The translations under genes and the position numbers were made by a program. The notes under the pieces were generated by a model. That model did no database searches and was not told the DNA's origin. It was given only the letters and a program-made list of their open reading frames with translations. A stretch of 64,000 bases of DNA, taken from positions 74,896,001 to 74,960,000 of the forward strand of contig NC_042998.1 in the NCBI RefSeq assembly GCF_006345805.1. Reading direction: 5' to 3'. This document shows, one piece after another, positions 1-11,569 of the stretch. This DNA comes from Octopus sinensis. Its lineage: Eukaryota. The first letter of the stretch is position 1, and every line of letters starts with the position of its first letter.

Positions 1-358
1 AGCAGAACGGCAAAGCACCCACTCCTCCGATCCCACCGCCTCCGTGGAGTGCCCAACCCCCCTCCTCCACAAAGCGCACCCCCACGGTGGTGCACCTTCT
101 TCCTCCTGTCATGAATGTTGCTAGCTCTTCATCACTTCCCAAACACTCTTCAATCGCCTCCTCCGTCGCCACTTCCATCCTCCTCGTTGCCATCCTCATC
201 GTCCTGAACACCACCGTCCCTTCTGCTACATTACCTATCAATTCCGCAGGCGGCTCCAACTCCAATGCACCTCCGTCTCCCTCCAGCAACCCCTTACACT
301 CCCTCACTCTTTCTGGCTCCACCCTCACTTTACGGACCTCCAGTGCCTCCGCCTCCAT
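1..358 (-). CDS. Reading frame open to the window edge (MEAEALEVRKVRVEPERVRE...WALHGGGGIGGVGALPFC); possibly ORF1 of a non-LTR retrotransposon or a host first exon
   Basis: ATG at 358 on minus strand with no stop before base 1. GC-rich block (1-420) in an otherwise AT-rich window. No diagnostic motif recognised. Confidence 0.3.
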   Translation of the reverse strand, partial: MEAEALEVRKVRVEPERVRECKGLLEGDGGALELEPPAELIGNVAEGTVVFRTMRMATRRMEVATEEAIEECLGSDEELATFMTGGRRCTTVGVRFVEEGGWALHGGGGIGGVGALPFC

Positions 359-1307
359 TCCCCTTCTAGCCGCGGCCGCACAACTGTGACCACCCGCCGG
401 CGCCCCCTCCACCCCAATGGGAAAAAATAACAATTCACAACAACAACAGCAACAATCAATGAAACAAATATCCAGCGCTACAACTTACGACAAAAACACT
501 CCGCCACGAACAACCCAAACCATCTGCGATTGACGTCTAACATGTCTCTCACTCAGACCGCTATTATTTATAGTCGTTCGGTCAAGTCTATTCTTACAGT
601 GGGTATCGTGCCTCTCGCCATAACAGAGCACATATTCTGTTTTCTTTATTTCGCAATGTTACTGATTACCATAAAACGTCAAAAATTTCGTTGAACTTCT
701 GTCGCTTGGTTTCCAAAGAATACTAGTCGCGAACAGTGATTATAATTATTTTTATTTATGTTCTTAATGAGTAAAAGGGATTCTCTACGATGTTTTAGTT
801 TCAACACACAGTCTGTGATGAAGTAACTGGCATTCTAAACGGACCTTGGGATATTATACGAGATAAAAATCTCTCTATGCTTAATGCTTACTAGTTTGGT
901 ACTTAATGTTTTCTGTAGTTACTGCAGCTTATTTTAGCCTTTTCCATTTAGTTCATCTGCGATCCTTTGTCGATATTACAAGAGTTCAGCTGAGACGATT
1001 AACAAAGACATACTTAAGAGGTAGTACCAAATTCTGTTGGTGTGTTTTTTTTTTGTAGAAAGACAAAAGAAAATTTGTAATGGAACAATTATAAAAGCTA
1101 AAGAGGTTTAATACCCCATTTTGTTCTTTTATGTATTAAAAAAAGGAATAATGTATTAGAGAAGCAAAAATCGACGGGCGTTTGCGTCTTCTCCCATCAA
1201 TATTATTTTTTTCATCAATATCATTTTTTTCATCATTCATCTCATTAATGTTTCTGTCCAGCCCGCAAGCTACACTGTGTCATGCCTTCATGGCAACATT
1301 TTGAAAT

Positions 1308-1705
1308 AAAGTAGCTTGCTTATCAACCACATGCGTGGTACTTTGGGCAAGTGTCTTCTACTATAGCCTCGGGCCGACCAAAGCTCTGTGAGTAGATTTG
1401 GTAGACGGAAACTGAAAGAAGCCTTTCGTATATATGTATATGTATACATAAATGTGTGTGTGTTTGTGTGTTTGTGTGTCTGTGTTTGTCCCCCCTCCCA
1501 ACATTGCTTGACAACCGATGCTGGTGTGTTTACATCCCCGTATCCTAGCGGTTCGACAAAAGATACCGATAGAATAAGTACTAGGCTTACAAGAATAAGT
1601 CCTTGGGTCGATTTGCTCGACTAAAGGCGGTGCTCCAGCGTGGCTGCAGTTAAATGACTGAAACACGTAAAAGAGTAATATAAAAAGTAAATATAAAAGA
1701 GTAAT
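1308..1705 (+). mobile_element. tRNA-derived SINE family A, 5'-deleted
   Basis: Matches the full copy at 34221-34641. CORE-like TTGGGCAAGTGTCTT, internal (TG)n, body ...GGCGGTGCTCCAGC..., tail AAAAGAGTAA. Confidence 0.9.
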
Positions 1706-1745
1706 ATATGTATATATATATATATATATTATATATATATATATA

Positions 1746-1795
<50 letters not shown>
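1705..1795. repeat. (TA)n microsatellite
   Basis: Direct reading. Confidence 0.95.
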
Positions 1796-1797
<2 letters not shown>

Positions 1798-2741
1798 TTC
1801 TAATATATAAACATCTAGAAGTTATATAATGTCATTGTTTTTCACACAGTTTTCAGACTTCTTATACATTAATATTTACATTATATGTTTTCAAAAACTT
1901 ATTTATAGTCATTGATCTTTTGGACGTATCTTCAACAAAGGAATTCCGACTTCGTTAATATGTAAGAAGCGTCATACAAAACTGTAACGCAGAAGTGTTA
2001 AACCTGCGTCATAAAAATTCATAGATGATCGAAAGTTGGTTGTTTAATGTACAAGAATGATCACACAATCAAACAGAAGATCACTGGACAGTTTTCACTC
2101 TATTCTGTTATATCTAAACATATACTCCTGGGATATTGTTCGAACGTCGTGCTAGTTGATAAATTCACGTTGAAACAGAATGCGATAGAAGCCACACAGT
2201 CCTTGATGATATTGAGGCGTACATAATCAAATGAAGAGCTGATATTGATATCAATGACTCAGCGATTATAGAAAGAAAACTCACTGAAATGATTAACAAA
2301 AGGAACTTACTATAAGAAATATTTGCGATCGATGGGAGAAATTATGAATGAATTCAATATATTCAATATATTCTCTTACTCTGAAATCTTAACCATATCA
2401 TATGAATATACGGCAGGTTCTCATACAGTAATATATTGAGTTGAAAACTTTTAAGAGAGATTATCTATGCAATAAGTAGAGAAAAAAACACCTCGTGTTT
2501 TTTTTAATATAAAACCAAAAGCAAGAGATAACCTCTATACCAAATTGAGATGGTTCTTTATCCTTCAGCAACCTATCTCTTTAGGTAAGGCAATGATTTC
2601 TTATTTTGATAGTCACAAGCAACCACAAGAAGATTCAAACCTATACATTAACAACGTTTTGGTAATGTATATTCAGATATCTCTTAAAATGACAATTCAG
2701 AATCAGGAGATTGAGTTAGATGGGTGTATAAACTTCAATGC

Positions 2742-2884
<143 letters not shown>

Positions 2885-3868
2885 CTTCTGGTGTTTGACA
2901 TTTGACATAGAAATAAAAGCTAGGATAAGAATTTATTATGAAGAGGGACTACAATGAATATATCTGAACATTAAATGGTATAATTTAGCATTTCTGCCAA
3001 TGCTACAACACTAACTACCACATTCAATGATACTCCCATCACAACGCTATCCTCACTGAATTCCGTATCATTGAGAGAATTCTTTACATTTACATAGATG
3101 TCCGTGAAACAATTGCTGAAACAAGTTCAAATTAAAAATTGATAGCTTCAACCTCACTTGTGACCGTTTCTAATAACGTGGATATGAAACGAAGATCATG
3201 AATATACAAATCTTACTTCTTCAATTCGTTTCTTGAAAGCAAAATATAAAGTCTCCTAAGAACTGGTAGTTATATAAATACTTTACAATGCAATAAAGAA
3301 TATGATTTATGATATATCTTACATGACTCATTTCCCAAAAAACAAAATGCTTCACTTAACACTGAGAGGAGGGGAAAAAAAATTATCATTCTTACTTGTA
3401 CAGAAATCATATAATAAGGAGAAATAATTCACTTAACACATAAAAATATTTTATGATGTAGCATGGTTATATCCTTTGAGGCACAGTTCATAGAACTAAG
3501 ATTAATCCATAACTAATTGCAGTTCAATGCCTACTTGAAAATAATCCTTAATGTTTCTATATTGCACATAAATCATACTTGATGAAATATCTTATTCATT
3601 TATGTATTCGTCATTATTTCACATGGATGCTGAGGTTTGCTGCTTTTGGGGACGGAAAGCGTTATTTAACACCGTCACCAGCCATCGTGACGACACAGGT
3701 TAGTGTGACATTGCTAGTTTGATTTATCAGACTCAAGCGCGAGCAGAACCCACGAGAGAATTGGATCAATTCTCATTAGATTTTTGTGATCGTTTGCAAT
3801 AGTGCATGGTTCGATACGCGCCACGCCATGTAACAAGTAGATAGCTTGATGTAGCTGTTCAATAAATG

Positions 3869-4030
3869 GGAAGAAGAAGAGGAAGAAGAAGAAGAAGAGA
3901 AGAAGAAGAGAAGAAGAAGAAGAAGAAGAAGGAGGAGGAGGAGGAGGAGAAGAAGAAGAAGAAGAAGAAGAAGAAGAAGAAGAAGAAGAAGAAGAAGAAG
4001 AAGAAGAAGAAGAAGAAGAAGAAGAAGAAA
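3869..4030. repeat. (GAA)n with (GAG)n interruption
   Basis: Direct reading. Explains the poly-K/E/S/F ORFs at 3714-4156. Confidence 0.95.
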
Positions 4031-4626
4031 GTTCTTTCAAGATCGTTTTCATATATGAGGACAGGAAACACTATAACTCGTGCGTGCACTGAAGAAGCAA
4101 CCCATATGTTATTTTACAAGGTATCACGCCTTAACCGAAAATCAAAAGCTTTATAAAAGCTATTTCAACATGAGACACATCTAGGGACTTGAAGGTTAAA
4201 ACATATAGACCGTACACATGTGAATGAAATATACTGTCTCCATCCACTAATCACAAGAACTACAACGATCTCTCACTATTCCATTTTTCTTCCTAGTTAT
4301 TTCTTACTACTTTTCTCTCTCATACTCTTACTCTTGTCTTTAATATTACCTATTAATGCAAATCCTACTCCGTCTCACTCTCGCTTCATTATTGTCTCTT
4401 CATCATTACCCTTCCTCTAGTGCACGGCCCATCTTACCCCAGGAACACAAAATACAAACGATTTTTAGAATGTGTGGATTGAGGGACACTTCAGAATAGA
4501 TCACTCTTGGTACACTACAGTGGCTTCTAACCTCAATTTTTATGGATAATGTTCACTCCACGAACTCTCTCCTTAATCCTAACTTTTAAACTACTATTAA
4601 ACTGGGTTTAAACTGAATTAAACCCA

Positions 4627-4627
<1 letters not shown>

Positions 4628-4705
<78 letters not shown>

Positions 4706-4706
4706 C

Positions 4707-4760
<54 letters not shown>

Positions 4761-4800
4761 GTCTATCTATCTATCCATCTACCTACCTACATAACTATCT
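4628..4800. repeat. (TATC)n tetranucleotide microsatellite
   Basis: Direct reading. Confidence 0.95.
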
Positions 4801-5274
4801 ATTTTTCTATCTATCAATCTCTCTGTCTGCCTGTCTGTGTGTCGATAGATTCTGTTATCGTTAGATTCCCGAATCAGATATCCTACACTATATCAACGAT
4901 ACTGCATGCCTACTATCTACATTTGTATCTAATCCGCCAGCTCAGGACTCTATAATGGCTTTACAACAACTCTTTTCACGAATATTTTACAATTTTCTGT
5001 CTTTATAATGACTTCTTAATCACTTACTTCAATCATTCTGTCTCCCATGTTTCCTTCACCAAATCATCTGCAACTCTCGTACTATCTTCCGGTACGACTT
5101 ACTTACGTTTTGTAACTTTGTGTACTTTTAAGTGTTTTCATGGATTACTTAATACCAACTTAACTCTACTTAAACCCACTCCAAGTGGCTTTGAACATGC
5201 TGTTAACTACTTCCGGCCTTTTAATTCACCGATTATACAAGTATTCTGGTTATTTCCTTCCATATCTATGTATT

Positions 5275-5305
<31 letters not shown>

Positions 5306-5366
5306 TATATATATATATATGTTCGTGTATGTGTGTATATATATATATATAGATAGATACAGATAA

Positions 5367-5399
<33 letters not shown>

Positions 5400-5465
5400 T
5401 AGATTGATAGATAGATAGATAAATAAATAGATAGATAGATATGTAGGTAGGTAGATAGATAGACA
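5275..5465. repeat. Compound (TC)/(TA)/(GACA)/(GATA) microsatellite
   Basis: Direct reading. Confidence 0.9.
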
Positions 5466-5869
5466 TATATGTAAAACTAATACAAAAATACATATTTAAA
5501 AAATTGGAAATTAAAACAATCAAATTAGAATTTAAAAGGTAAAACCTCCAAAAGATAAAGATTACAAGTTATAAAAAAATTGAAGAAATTATAAATTAAT
5601 TTTTTCAATTTTACTTATAATTTATATATATTACGTTTCATATTTAGCTTTTTTTACATATATTGTTAACTTTAAATAGAATTTTGAAAATTATTTTAAA
5701 TTTTTTAATCTTCGATATTTTGGTTTTAAATTTTTAAATATTTCCTTTTACTTTTATCGATTTTCATCTATATGTATATGTACTGATATTGATATTTACA
5801 TTTTCTCTTTACTTTTAAAGTTAATTTTGATTTTATATATTTTTAAACTTTAAGAATGATTTTCAGTTT

Positions 5870-6060
5870 TTAATTACCTAAGTTTTTACTATTCAAATTT
5901 TCTACAGATTTACTTTTTAATCTTTTTTCATTTTTAATTACCTGGTTAACTAGAATTAATGTCAAAGGAAAAAAAAATTGAATAAAATATGTTAATGAAA
6001 AATCAGGTTTATTTACACCAGTAAACCCTTTATCAGCTGTTTTCATAACCATAATCCTAT
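5870..6060 (-). mobile_element. Possible highly decayed Penelope-like RT N-terminal remnant
   Basis: MVMKTADKG resembles the IVIKPADKG motif preceding Penelope RT. The rest is unrecognisable. Confidence 0.3.
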
Positions 6061-6513
6061 ATTCAGCAAACCGTGAGCTAATGAGTTAGTTTTCGTATGT
6101 TTTAACGAGTTAGTGTCCTATGTTTTAACGACTTCACTCACAGCCCCACCCCACGCCAAAATGTCCAAGAGACAAGCCTAAGAGAATTTTCTTCCAGAAT
6201 GTTCTATTATATTTGAATAGCTAGACCTTATCACAGCTGATTGCAATCGAACCTGTTAAGCATTAAATTATCGAATATAACATGACTTCTGTTTCACTAA
6301 AAATTAATTACTGAACTAAAATTATACACATTGCAGCGTGACATTTTTAATGTTATTAGACAAACAACGGTAGGTATTATTCGTATTGATAACAGTAACG
6401 GTATGAAGTGCATTTCCCTTGTTTCTTTCTTCACACACATATACATTCAAACAAGTATATCGTAATGTCATCATGCTCTTTTTCTCTGAGACGGAGAAAG
6501 ATAACCCTGATGT

Positions 6514-6752
6514 CGTAAAGTCAGTCGAAATACTTATTTCTTTACTACCCACAAGGAGCTAAACACAGAGAGGAGAAACAAGGACAGACAAACGGATTAA
6601 GTCGATTACATCGACCCCAGTGTTTCACTGGTACTTAATTTATCGTCCCCGAAATGATGAGTGGCAAAGTCGACCTCGGCGGAATTTGAACTCAGAACGT
6701 AGAGGCAGGCGAAATACCGGTAAGCGTATTTTCCATCATGCTAAAGCACTCT
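6514..6752 (-). mobile_element. SINE family B, B1-type tail
   Basis: Reverse complement of the copy at 56674-56892: B box GAGTTCAAATTCC, body GTCGACTTTGCC..TCAT..TTCGGGG.CGATAAATTAAGTACC, tail CCTTGTGGGTAGTAAAGAAATA. Confidence 0.9.
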
Positions 6753-6851
6753 ATTCCTGAGAGTATAAACGTATACATACATACATACTTGCATGCATGT
6801 ATATTACATATACTAATATACAGCCATGCACACACACTCATATATATATAT

Positions 6852-6898
<47 letters not shown>

Positions 6899-9242
6899 TG
6901 AATAAATATGCATATATTCAGTTATATTTTGATATTTTTTAGGTATGCAAGTATGTGCGTATGTAGTTATGTACGCAGTTTTGTAAATCTTACATAGAGC
7001 AAATTGAAGGTAAATTTGCTCTATGTACGTCCCCCCCCCCACATCTGCAATGAAATTGTTACCAGACCTAAAATGATTAAGCAGCATTTTTAACGTAGTT
7101 TCTCCGATTAAAGCAGAGTTGTTGACGAGGAGATCAGAAGCAAGCGAATAAAATGAACTCAGCAGTATTTGTTGCTGCTTGCTTTTTCAAAGACACACAA
7201 ACCGTGGTACCATAAATGGAAAAGAGATAAGTACGTATATCTTGAAGACATTTTAGATTGTCATTAAGTGAGTACTTAATTGATCATCTACAAGCTTATG
7301 TCTTGTTCATCACTGAAGCAGTTCATCAGTAATTATGAAATCTAGTATTTGTAATGACGTTGAGGGCTGACTAATGTAATATGTACAAGTATAGTAAGCG
7401 GATAGAAAATGATGATATTGACTTTTTAGTGTAAATTGAAATACAAAACATGACTAACTTTGTAATGCGATGCGATTGGGAACTGTGTGCGGAAAACTAG
7501 GAAATCAAATACATATAGGAGTAGCATATAGGAAGTTTGGAGTGAGTTTCATTTGCCTGTGCATGATGTGTGATTACAAGTTTGATTATTCTTGCTGCTG
7601 TTTAGCTTCAATACAGCTGCGATAGACCAAGTCTATGATTCACAAGTGATCCATTCGTGAGTAGTCAGTCTGATTTTCAAGATGACAGTTGACGTAATGT
7701 TGAGGCTTGCGGAGCTGAGAAAGTGTGTGTGCGATAAAAAAATTTGTAACGTGTGTACAAAATGGGGAAAGGCATATGGCCATATCAGAAAGAGTTCTAC
7801 TTTAGAGAGTAATAATCATAGAGAAGTGACAGATAAGAGACTTTTCTTAAACATACCTTTAATTTCTCATAGCAAGAACACATAAGCGGGTTTTCTGATG
7901 GCAGATTTCTTGTGTTATAGTGGTATATAATGTCCCCCAACTTTAAGTTACAGTGCAGTTGGGGCTTTTAGCTATCTGTGCGATTTGAAGTAAGACCTGT
8001 ATAAGACTAATTAGAGATAATATACATTCATTGCCAAAGGTAATAATTATAATAGAATTGGTGGAGTTACAATTAGTTAGCTGATTGAGAGTTCAAGGCA
8101 AAATTGTGTTCAATATGTGGAGCAGATTGTCTTGATTATGCTGAGCAGAAACATATGAAGAGTGTAGTGGGGATAGATACCCCGATGATTGGTAATTGTT
8201 TGGTTGAAAAGTATCGAAATGTAGCTGTGAGATCACTAGCAGGTGCAGATAGCATAGAATCGTACAAGTAGATGTTTCGTCACTAGTAACGTCGGCGTGA
8301 GAGACGTGACAACCAAAATATTTTATGTATCTTGGATCCCCAGGAAATATTGAGTTTAGATCGTGGCATATTAAAACTGAATGCTGAAACCTATATACAC
8401 AAATTCCATAAACATTTAATGATCACATGTTCCAGTATCTGTGTATACATGTTCAAAAATTTCTGTGTTTTACTTTTGTCTAAATATGCTTAAGAAAACA
8501 GTTTTCTATCTTAAAACTATATTGCTATGTAAAGTTAATTAGAGGAAGTTAATCAGTGTGAAATTTTATTAGAGACATTTACTGAAGAACTTTCCTAATT
8601 TGTATTTAAATCCAAGCTATAATAAATTAAGCAGATATTCCGATCAACTATACTCTAGGGAGAGATGTTTGGTTCGACGTTAAAAATAGTAATGCAAACT
8701 CAGCTGCAAAAACGGAAAGAAAATGTATCACGATCTAACACGAGGATATTTATTAAATTGCGAGAGATTTCCCCACTAATTGGGAAAACAAACGAGAAAA
8801 AATATTTACTATTATCTTTTGAATTCGCTAAATTTCTCATTCTAATTTAATTTTTTGTAAGAAAAGCATTGTATGTAATTTCATTGTTTATGTTTCAGAA
8901 TATTCCAAAAATTATGCAGATAACAGATTTATACACAGTAAAATAAGATTTTAATTTTCTTCTTTTTTTGTTTGTTTTCTTTTTGTTTTGGAAAGATAGT
9001 GTAAGTATAAGTTGCATGCTTATATCATTTGTAGGTATTCACATACAATTGAGACTGATGTGGATTAGTGGGTATTCACATACAATAGAGATTTTTGTGG
9101 GCATATGACGTAGTGGTTAAGTGCACCGGCTACTAAACCTAAGATTCCGAGTTCGATTCCAGGCAGTGACCTGAATAATAATAATAATAATAACAATAAT
9201 AATAATATAATAATAATGATAATAATAATAATAATAATAATA

Positions 9243-9837
9243 GCTCAATACCACAGATTTGCTTGTCAGTTGTTTGAATGCCCTGATGCAGTACCAGGCA
9301 GTGGTTCTCATGGCTTATGATCTTAACTGAATGGAAGTGTTATCATGTACATTGTTTTGTCTTGGTATAAAAGATGGGCTACAGCAAATATTCTGCTCAA
9401 TACTACAGATTTGCTTGTCAGTTGTTTGACCTTAACCAGTTGAGCCTGTCCCTTAGTGGCTGACGATATGTGCATCTCTGATCACGAGCAGAAGTAGTGG
9501 GGGAGCATCATATCCATGTGTTGAGAGGGATTCTTTGGGGTTTGAATAATTCAAATCTGGAAACATGGGTGGTTCTTTCAACATCCTTAAACGACCTTTA
9601 TTCAGGGACCTTTTGAGCGGGATGGGCTATTCAACCTGAAGAAAATTCTAACTGGGCCCCACCTGCAAGGTTACTTGCTGTTTATCTTGATATGAGATCA
9701 CCATGTCGCACACATATGTTTGTGATGCATATGCCTGGTGTACCCTTATCAGACGGGTAGTCATGATGGGTATATTGGGCTTCGTATATTTTACCCCAGT
9801 GTCACTTTGATGGCATGAACTGCTCTCTCACTCAATA
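9243..9837 (-). mobile_element. ~600-bp non-coding interspersed element (family C) inserted in a (TAA)n tract
   Basis: Sharp GC-richer block with (TAA)n on both sides and no ORF. Resembles an abundant octopus repeat (from memory, not verified). Strand assignment tentative. Confidence 0.7.
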
Positions 9838-9898
9838 ATGATAATAACAACATCGAAAATGCCTTAAGAATGAGAACCCAGGTTTTAGATTTCCCCAA

Positions 9899-9944
9899 GA
9901 CACCTGATGAAGGCTGGAGGGCATATCAGCCGAAACGTTGTGCT
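9899..9944 (+). ncRNA. Minimal type I hammerhead ribozyme (Penelope-like-element type)
   Basis: Core CTGATGA 9904-9910. Stem II GGCTG(9912-16)/CAGCC(9927-31). GAAA 9932-35. Palindromic helix III AACGTT 9934-39. Cleavage triplet GUU. Stem I GACAC/GTGCT (one mismatch, one wobble). Confidence 0.7.
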
Positions 9945-10053
9945 AACAACAAACAAGATGAGGACAAATATCCGTCAAATGTTAATAGGTAAACAATGTA
10001 AATAATGTACTATATTAAGTTTGAAATTCATAACTGAAGATCTAGGTAAGTAT

Positions 10054-10088
<35 letters not shown>

Positions 10089-10120
10089 TGTGTGTGTGTG
10101 TGTGTATGTGTATATATATT

Positions 10121-10380
10121 ATTCTATTCTTTTGTTTCAGTCATTTGACTGCGGCCATGCTGGAGCACTGCCATTAGTCGACAAAATCGACCCCAGTACT
10201 TATTCTTTGTAAGCTTAGTAATAGTTCTATTGGTGTCTTTTGCCATAACACTAAGTTACGGGAGGTGAACACACTAACATCGGTTCTCAAGCCAAGATGG
10301 GGAGGACTGACACACATATACACACAAATATATACATACACACACACAAACACACACACACAACACACACACACACACAC

Positions 10381-10412
<32 letters not shown>

Positions 10413-10592
10413 TTAAAACGCATATTATATATATATATATATATATATACGATCAACGTCTTTCAGTTTCCGTCTACCAAATCCACTCACAAGTTATAGT
10501 GGAAGACACTTACCCAACGTGCTACGCAGTGGGGCTGAACCCGGAACTATGTGGTTGAGAAGCAAGTGTCTTACCAGTCAGCCACACCTGCA
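10121..10592 (-). mobile_element. SINE family A, near full length
   Basis: Collinear with 34221-34641. Internal CA/TA microsatellite expanded. Confidence 0.9.
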
Positions 10593-10599
10593 CATAAAC

Positions 10600-10737
10600 C
10601 CACACACACATACAAACATACATACAAACATACAAACATACATACATACATACATACATACATACATACATACATACATACATACATACATACATACACA
10701 TATATATGTGTGTGTATATATATACATATATATATAC

Positions 10738-10800
<63 letters not shown>
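10600..10800. repeat. (CATA)n/(TA)n microsatellite
   Basis: Direct reading. Confidence 0.95.
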
Positions 10801-10801
<1 letters not shown>

Positions 10802-10938
10802 AGCTTGGCGAAAACTGTACCGCTGCCGTAGTCTCCTTTAGAGAGACATAGACATTTTTATATTTATTTCTATTTTTGAAAACCAGTGGATGTATTCCAC
10901 TGAAATTAGGTAAATAATCCTTCGAACAAACGGTTATA

Positions 10939-11228
10939 GGCTCAGGAGTGGCTGTGTGGTAAGTAGCTTGTTTACCAACATAGTTCCGGTTCAACATCCT
11001 CTGAGTGGTACCTTGGGCAAGTGTCCTCTACTAATATTTGTGTGTATGTGTTTGTTCTCCACTATCACTTGACAAGCGGTGCTGGTGCATTTAGGCCTCC
11101 ATAACTTCGCGGTTCGGCAAAAGAGACCGATACTAGGCTTACAAAGAATAAGTCCTGGGATCGATTAAAGGCGGTGCTCCAGCGTGGCTGCCGTCAGATG
11201 CCTGAAACAATTAAAAGAATAAAACAAT
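10939..11228 (+). mobile_element. SINE family A with internal deletions
   Basis: Head GGCTCAGGAGTGGCTGTGTGGTAAG, CCTTGGGCAAGTGTC, body and tail present. Confidence 0.9.
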
Positions 11229-11379
11229 ATATATATACACATTAAAAAACAACTGTCTACGTTTTGAATATTTTTAAAATATCAGGTTATCCGGTAAATT
11301 CTGTCCGATTATTGAATAAAGAAAACAAGTGATGAAATATATTTAATTGAAATTTAATCATCAATGTACTTTCCCTGAT

Positions 11380-11560
11380 AATCTATTCACAAAGCTTGGT
11401 TCAAACGCTCTGTTTGCTGACAGTGGACTTGAGCATTGATTGTTGTATTAGGTGGTAACAATTCAAAGTGAATGACTCCTTTGCAATCCGACCAGATAGA
11501 GAGAGAACCTTTTCCCCATGAAGTTCCTTTATCGGTTGTGGTTGAGCTTCATTGGTTTAA
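11380..11560 (-). mobile_element. Mariner transposase fragment
   Basis: Minus strand reads ELHGEKVL / SIWSDCKGVIHFELLPPNTTINAQVHCQQTERLNQAL, matching the mariner catalytic-domain segment (KVLLSIWWD..GVIHFELL). Confidence 0.85.
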
Positions 11561-11569
11561 AGTACAGAC

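Larger units (their letters stand above)
9097..10009 (+). mobile_element. tRNA-head + (TAA)n + hammerhead-ribozyme tail SINE-like element, interrupted at 9243-9837
   Basis: A box TGACGTAGTGG (9106-9116), B box GTTCGATTCC (9151-9160), anticodon-like loop CTACTAA (9130-9136). The (TAA)n tract resumes after the insertion and leads to a CTGATGA...GAAAC motif. Confidence 0.75.

Noticed and set aside
9097-9172. Genuine tRNA gene (also 13727-13792 and the SINE A/B heads)
   Set aside because: The acceptor stem does not close properly, and the heads run into repeat bodies. They are tRNA-derived promoters, not tRNAs.
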